DNA of 64,000 nt, from NCBI GenBank assembly GCA_043814765.1, contig JBDRJQ010000029.1, positions 115,600 to 179,599 on the forward strand. The letters are read 5' to 3'. The notes beneath the pieces were generated by a model, which was not told the origin of the DNA, searched no databases, and saw only the letters and a list, made by a program, of their open reading frames with translations. The DNA comes from Nanobdellota archaeon. GTDB lineage: Archaea > Aenigmatarchaeota > Aenigmatarchaeia > QMZP01. Of this stretch, positions 58,911-64,000 are shown in pieces. Every line of letters begins with the position of its first letter. Within the stretch, counting starts at the first letter, position 1. The translations under genes and the position numbers were made by a program.

Positions 58911-60129
58911 GATAATTTCTTATTCTGCCAACACCTTCTAAAATATTCTCTTCTGAAGTTGCATATGAAAATCTTATAAATTCGTTTTCTTCGTTCGGTC
59001 CCTTGGAACCAAAATGTTCTCTTGCTAGAACAGAGACTCCTGCTTCGTAAAGAAGTTTTTTTCGTAAATCTGATGCATCTTCAAAGGGATTTCCTTCTCC
59101 ACACAGCTCTGTCACATCAGGAAAAACATAAAAAGCTCCATCAGGCTCTGGACAAAATATTCCGTCAATTTTATTAAGCTCGCTCACTATCAAATCTCTT
59201 CTTTTTCTAAATTTGTCAACCATACTATAAACGCATGACTGATCGCCTTTCATCGCAGCAATCCCTGCTTTTTGTATAAAACCAGGAACACATGCAGACG
59301 TGTTAACCATCCACTCAGAAATAGCATCTGTGTATTTGGGTGATGCAACACCAAAACCAAATCTCCAACCGGTCATAGCATACGCCTTTGAGTGACAGTC
59401 TACTAGTATCGTTCTTTCTAGCATGCCAGAAAACTGTAAAACTGATTCAAAACCATCTCTGTAAATAATTCTACTATAAACTTCATCAGACATAACCAAG
59501 GAATTGTGTTTTTGTGATAACCCTGCTATTTCCTCAAGATCATCTTTTTCAATAATCTCTCCAGTTGGGTTATGTGGTGAGTTTAATATTATCATCCTAG
59601 TTTTGTTGTTTATTCTTTTTTTCAGTTCTTCAACACTGTTGTAAGGAATTCCTCTTCCTTCTGCTGCGTTAATTGCTGATATGTAAATGGGGTAACCAGG
59701 ATTAGGGTAAAGAACTTCTTCTCCCTTACCAATAGTTGAAAAAATTCCAAAAAATATTACAGGTTTGCCTCCGGGGGTAATCACAACATTTTCAGGTCCT
59801 ATATCACCATCAACCTTCCTATATTTTGGTATAAACTCTGCGACAGCCTCTCGACATTCCATAATACCATGGGAGGGAGTATATCCAGTATCACCGTTGT
59901 ATAAAGATTCAATCGCAGCATCTATGATGTGTTCAGGTGTATTAAAATCTGGTTGTCCTATATGCATTTCTATTATGTCTTTGCCTTGTAATTTAAGCTT
60001 TTCAACTTCTCTACTAACTTCAAAAGCAGTTTCTCCACCAAGCCTGTGCATTATAGGAGCTAGTGTGTTTTTGTTGTTTGCGTTAAAAACTTTTTCAGTT
60101 TTTTTATAATCAAGTTTTTTAACCTCCAT
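58897..60129 (-). CDS. Class I/II PLP-dependent aminotransferase (aspartate aminotransferase-like)
   Basis: IGQPDF, NSPHNPTG, SDEVY, SKAYAMTGWR, IRFSYA. Confidence 0.92.
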   Translation of the reverse strand: MEVKKLDYKKTEKVFNANNKNTLAPIMHRLGGETAFEVSREVEKLKLQGKDIIEMHIGQPDFNTPEHIIDAAIESLYNGDTGYTPSHGIMECREAVAEFIPKYRKVDGDIGPENVVITPGGKPVIFFGIFSTIGKGEEVLYPNPGYPIYISAINAAEGRGIPYNSVEELKKRINNKTRMIILNSPHNPTGEIIEKDDLEEIAGLSQKHNSLVMSDEVYSRIIYRDGFESVLQFSGMLERTILVDCHSKAYAMTGWRFGFGVASPKYTDAISEWMVNTSACVPGFIQKAGIAAMKGDQSCVYSMVDKFRKRRDLIVSELNKIDGIFCPEPDGAFYVFPDVTELCGEGNPFEDASDLRKKLLYEAGVSVLAREHFGSKGPNEENEFIRFSYATSEENILEGVGRIRNYLNRQ

Positions 60130-60249
60130 ATATAACGGAATATCTGTGTATTTTATATTATTTTCACATATTCATTATATTCACATACCATCAACACTAT
60201 GAAATATATTCAATTTGTGAGCAAATCCACATTAACTTGACAATTTCAC

Positions 60250-60344
60250 ACCCCTTCATTTCATGTGGAGACTATTTTATGTGTATTTCACGTTTAAACT
60301 GGTTCCATGTGAAATAAGGGGGTTTCCATATGAAACAGTGGGGT
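60250..60344. promoter_or_regulatory. ORB-like origin recognition boxes (candidate oriC)
   Basis: CTCCACATGAAATGAAGGGGT (minus, 60250-60270), TTCCATGTGAAATAAGGGGGT (60303-60323) and TTCCATATGAAACAGTGGGGT (60324-60344), inside an AT-rich 320-bp intergenic region. Confidence 0.8.
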
Positions 60345-60448
60345 GAGCTCAAAAAATCCCTAAAAGTTGCCTTTTTCACATCTTTCACAAAGTGTTCATA
60401 AACAAGGATTTCTCGGTAACATCACGCGATATTATGGTAATATGAACT

Positions 60449-61675
60449 TCATAGGCCTAGTAGTGATGATATTATATAACTATACCCAGAAAAATACAAT
60501 ATTGTTGGTAATATAAGGAATCCCATGAGATGGGTTCTCTTTATTCCAATTATAATCGTGAATAGCCCTATGAATGTTCCTGTTATAGCTATTAACACTC
60601 CGATAGGGCCTGTGAAGATTAAAACCAATAACACAAGCCCTGTTATTATTGCTAAAGTAAGTTTGTTATAGTTTATGTTTACCATTCTCTTAACTAAAAA
60701 TTTACCTATCTTAAGTGTTATTATAACAGAAATGAAACATGTTGTAGCCGCAACCACCATGAGCACAATCATATCATTGATTATAAGAGTATCTGTTATT
60801 TGTGAAATTGTCCACACAGCACCTGAACGCGTTTTTCCAATTGTGTAAAATACTACCAGTGTGAATATTATGTTTGCTGTGTTTATACCACCTAACGCAA
60901 TAAGGAAATCCTTTATTTCTGTTTTAAGTGTCTGCGCTGCAATAATACCTGCCTGTGCAGCTCCTATTCCTGGTAATAATCCTGCTAGCATACCAGCTAG
61001 CCAACCAGTGACAATTCCTTTACCCCCCCCCCCAGTGACATTCACAACATCAGTCTGTGGAGGTATCGTTGTTTTATTGTAAAAACTAACAACTAGTGTG
61101 CTAAAAGCGAAAAGTCCTGTGAAGGCGGGAAATAATGAAAAACTTGAAGGAAAGGAGTTGATGGTTATCAAACCAAAAACACCAACTAAAAGAAATGCTA
61201 AAAGCGCATAGATTTTATCTTTACCGGTTTCTGTAAAAATCATCCATGCAACAATTATCAGGAGTATAACATGAATAGAACTGTATATGAAATCATATAT
61301 GAAAGGTATAAGATATAGAAGAAGTGGCAGCGTTAATATTGTTAGCAAAACAACGCCAAACCCGCCAAGAGTTGTTAAAAACAACGCTTCATATCCTCTT
61401 CCCTCCATAAGAAATTTATGCCCTGGTAAAACCGAGAGTGCTGAATCTGGTTCAGGTGCTCCAAAGAGTATTGAGGGTAAAAAATCAGTGAACGTGTTTG
61501 AAACTGCAAGAGATACAATAAAAACCAAAACAGGCAGCAAACCAAAACTTAAAAGAACCGTAGATAGTGAAAGAGATATTATGAAAACTGTGTTTGGATG
61601 CACTCCTGGAATTAACCCCGTAATGACTCCAACACCTATTCCTAGGAGCATAAACCCTATCAACAACAAGAACAT
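60449..61675 (-). CDS. TctA-family (tripartite tricarboxylate transporter permease / DUF112) membrane protein
   Basis: TGLIPGVHPN, PSILFGAP, LPGH...GRG, GLLPGIG, GKTRSG. Confidence 0.85.
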   Translation of the reverse strand: MFLLLIGFMLLGIGVGVITGLIPGVHPNTVFIISLSLSTVLLSFGLLPVLVFIVSLAVSNTFTDFLPSILFGAPEPDSALSVLPGHKFLMEGRGYEALFLTTLGGFGVVLLTILTLPLLLYLIPFIYDFIYSSIHVILLIIVAWMIFTETGKDKIYALLAFLLVGVFGLITINSFPSSFSLFPAFTGLFAFSTLVVSFYNKTTIPPQTDVVNVTGGGGKGIVTGWLAGMLAGLLPGIGAAQAGIIAAQTLKTEIKDFLIALGGINTANIIFTLVVFYTIGKTRSGAVWTISQITDTLIINDMIVLMVVAATTCFISVIITLKIGKFLVKRMVNINYNKLTLAIITGLVLLVLIFTGPIGVLIAITGTFIGLFTIIIGIKRTHLMGFLILPTILYFSGYSYIISSLLGL

Positions 61676-61698
61676 AATTTGGTTTTGATAGTAAACAA

Positions 61699-62613
61699 TT
61701 AATTCATGAACTCTACTTTTTTGGTTGATAGATCAATATTAGCTGATCTGTTTCCTGTAGAAACTATAGTAACGCCTTTGTAATTTTTAACATATTCTTC
61801 TTCACCAACTAGCCAAAGAATGTCTGGTATCGGGTCAATTATGAATATATCTTCGTCGTATTTAATTTCATTTCTACTTGGAGAAAGATGTCTCTTCTTA
61901 AGAAATTCCACGGCAACGTCCTGCATAATTGGCTTTTCTGGCTTGAAAACTAAAATAACAATTTCGCTACTATTCCTTTTTATTTTGATTTTAGCTGGAA
62001 CTACTACTGATTTTGTTGTAGAGTTTATAGATATGCTCCAGTCATCCTTGTTTTTTAATAATGATATTTCTGTGTCTACTATGTTTGGTTTATGTGTTAG
62101 TGGTATATCAGGATATACTACTTCCTTTACTAAAAACTTTCCTTCTCTAGATGTGCCAATAATGCATATAACATCGCCTATCAACAAATCGTTGTTAGTA
62201 ATAATCTCTAAACTGCCTGTTTGATCTTCCATAATAAAACCATTCTGTGTTCTTTCCTTAATCATTCCTATTATGTTTGAGGTTGATGTCAATTCTTTTG
62301 CTTTGTTTATTGAAACTGCATTCAATTTCCTAATTAAAAGGTCTCTAATTCCGCTGTATTTTTTATTATAGTAGTTGATGAAGTCTTTTGGTTCCATTTT
62401 GGTTTTTTTATTAAAGGGTTTTATGTCAAAAATAATAGCGGTATCTTCTTTCTCTATGTTGGTTTCTGGTTGCTTTTTAATAGAATGCTCTGATTTGTTT
62501 TTATGGGTTTCAAGCATTTTCAAATAATTAGACTCGTTTATATTTTCAAGCTCTTTTGGCTGCAAAAGAACCCCATTTTCCATAAATATTTTAACTATTT
62601 CTTTCTTTTCCAA
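61699..62613 (-). CDS. Degenerate PolD small-subunit (DP1) homolog lacking the phosphoesterase active site
   Basis: OB fold (IIGMI...EDQTG), YPDIP, C-terminal LKKRHLSP...IPDI...YKGVTIVSTG. No SDxHxG, GD, GNHD or GHxH motifs. Directly downstream of cdc6; TTG start with an AGGTGA SD. Confidence 0.75.
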   Translation of the reverse strand: MEKKEIVKIFMENGVLLQPKELENINESNYLKMLETHKNKSEHSIKKQPETNIEKEDTAIIFDIKPFNKKTKMEPKDFINYYNKKYSGIRDLLIRKLNAVSINKAKELTSTSNIIGMIKERTQNGFIMEDQTGSLEIITNNDLLIGDVICIIGTSREGKFLVKEVVYPDIPLTHKPNIVDTEISLLKNKDDWSISINSTTKSVVVPAKIKIKRNSSEIVILVFKPEKPIMQDVAVEFLKKRHLSPSRNEIKYDEDIFIIDPIPDILWLVGEEEYVKNYKGVTIVSTGNRSANIDLSTKKVEFMN

Positions 62614-62636
62614 ATAATCACCTAATCGCTAAATCA

Positions 62637-63839
62637 TCACAACCGCATTGAAAAGTTACTGTTTAATGTTTGCCTTATTTTTTTCATGGTTGCTTCGGGA
62701 AGCTGCATGTTTATTTCTCGCGTTCTGCCATATCTACCTTTTGAAATTACTCTCGCGTTTATAACACCCAGCATATCGAGTTCTCCTATAAGATCTGTTA
62801 TTCTTCTTTGTGTTAATTCCTTTAAACCGGCTTCAGGAACAATCTTCTCATAAATAGAAAAAATATCCCCTGTTTGTATGTTTTTTTGACCAGAATCCAT
62901 TAAATTTATGATTGATGCGAGAACAGCTTGACTTTGTTTTGGTTGGGTTTTTACTATCTCTACTATTCTGTCTGAATCTAGTTTGTGTTCGGCTTTATCA
63001 ACATCTTCTATTTTTACTTGGTTTGCATTTCTTCTTTCAGATATTTCCACTGCCATTCTTAGTAAGTCTAGCGCTCTTCTAGCATCACCGTGTTCTTGTG
63101 CAGCAAGAGCAGAGCACTTTTCTATAACGCCAGGCCCTATAGCTCCTGATTTAAATGCAAGATTAGCCCGCTGTATTAAAATGTCCTGCAGTTGTGACGC
63201 ATTATATGGCGGGAAAATTATTTCCTCTTCAGATAATGAAGAACGAACACGAGGGTCCATGGTATCTGTAAAGGATATATCATTAGAAATTCCTATAATT
63301 GATAGTTGTGTGTTCACTAGTTCCTGATTTATCCTCGTAAGATTGTAAAGTATATCATCACCTGTCTTTTTCACTAACGTGTCTATTTCATCAAGAACCA
63401 GTATAACGTTTTGTTTTTTTGAGTCTATTAATTCAAAAAACCTCCTATATACTTGATCTGTTGGAAGTCCTGTAGAAGGAATTTCCTCACCAAGGTTTCT
63501 TATAAGCTCAGCAAAGAGCCTATACTCAGTATCAGAAACCTTTTTCATTTTACAATTAACAAAAAGTACACAAACATTGTCAGATGTTTTTTTTAGTTCG
63601 TTCATTATATTTTTTGTAACCAAGGTTTTACCTGTTCCTGTTTTGCCATAAATGAAAACATTTGATATTCTTCCTCCTCTGGCGCTTGGAGCAACTATAC
63701 TAGCCAAGTGTTTTATTTGTTCATCTCTATGAGGAACTGTCTCAGGGGTATATCTAAAGCTAAGAACATCCCTATCCTTAAATATAATATCACCGCCTTC
63801 AAATCCAGAAAGCATGTCCTTCAGTGTTTTTTGAACCAT
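62637..63839 (-). CDS. cdc6: Orc1/Cdc6 replication initiator
   Basis: HRDEQI, GKTGTGKT, VLDEID, RVRSSL, HGDARRALDLLR, winged helix SKGRYGRT. Confidence 0.97.
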   Translation of the reverse strand: MVQKTLKDMLSGFEGGDIIFKDRDVLSFRYTPETVPHRDEQIKHLASIVAPSARGGRISNVFIYGKTGTGKTLVTKNIMNELKKTSDNVCVLFVNCKMKKVSDTEYRLFAELIRNLGEEIPSTGLPTDQVYRRFFELIDSKKQNVILVLDEIDTLVKKTGDDILYNLTRINQELVNTQLSIIGISNDISFTDTMDPRVRSSLSEEEIIFPPYNASQLQDILIQRANLAFKSGAIGPGVIEKCSALAAQEHGDARRALDLLRMAVEISERRNANQVKIEDVDKAEHKLDSDRIVEIVKTQPKQSQAVLASIINLMDSGQKNIQTGDIFSIYEKIVPEAGLKELTQRRITDLIGELDMLGVINARVISKGRYGRTREINMQLPEATMKKIRQTLNSNFSMRL

Positions 63840-63873
63840 AACAAATTACCCGCTAAATTAATATTCACACAAT

Positions 63874-63998
63874 CTCTATATGAAATCAAGGTTTAAATTG
63901 TTTGTTGAAATTTCATATAGAGTTCAAATACCTAGTACACCTTATTTTCATATGGAAATGATTTGTTCTCAAAAATAAAAATATCGTTTCATATGGAA
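63874..63998. promoter_or_regulatory. Second cluster of ORB/mini-ORB-like boxes upstream of cdc6
   Basis: CTCTATATGAAATCAAGG (plus, 63874), CTCTATATGAAAT (minus, about 63910-63922), TTCCATATGAAAATAAGGTG (minus, about 63938-63957), TTCCATATGAAAC (minus, about 63986-63998). Confidence 0.75.
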
Positions 63999-64000
63999 TT

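Overview
An AT-rich archaeal chromosomal segment. The gene content, gene order and promoter style suggest a DPANN-type archaeon, possibly Aenigmarchaeota; this is inference, not a database result. Core genes dominate: TBP, TFB, the PINA ATPase, uS15, SecDF, SecE-Spt5-uL11, uL1-uL10-P1, AlaRS, GlyRS, PheRS, NAC, MinD, an intron-containing tRNA-Arg(CCT), PolB and Cdc6/Orc1 with ORB-like origin boxes. The window also carries isoprenoid genes (HMG-CoA synthase-thiolase-DUF35, a polyprenyl synthase, two geranylgeranyl-reductase-family enzymes, a UbiA-like protein), a WbpB/E/D-type sugar cluster, two very large surface glycoproteins and two bacterial-looking lipoprotein inserts. Four observations stand out. 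(1) PolB carries a PolD-DP2-like zinc finger after its PIP box, and a catalytically gutted DP1 lies about 3 kb away beside cdc6 and the origin, resembling the eukaryotic PolB plus B-subunit arrangement. (2) A KaiC-like ATPase, a V4R sensor, a divergent isoprenyl-synthase-fold enzyme and an FAD reductase cluster together and could be an isoprenoid signalling module. (3) A circularly permuted uL1-binding RNA element overlaps the rpl1 Shine-Dalgarno. (4) ORB-like boxes fall in two separate clusters. All calls come from reading motifs by eye; no searches were run.
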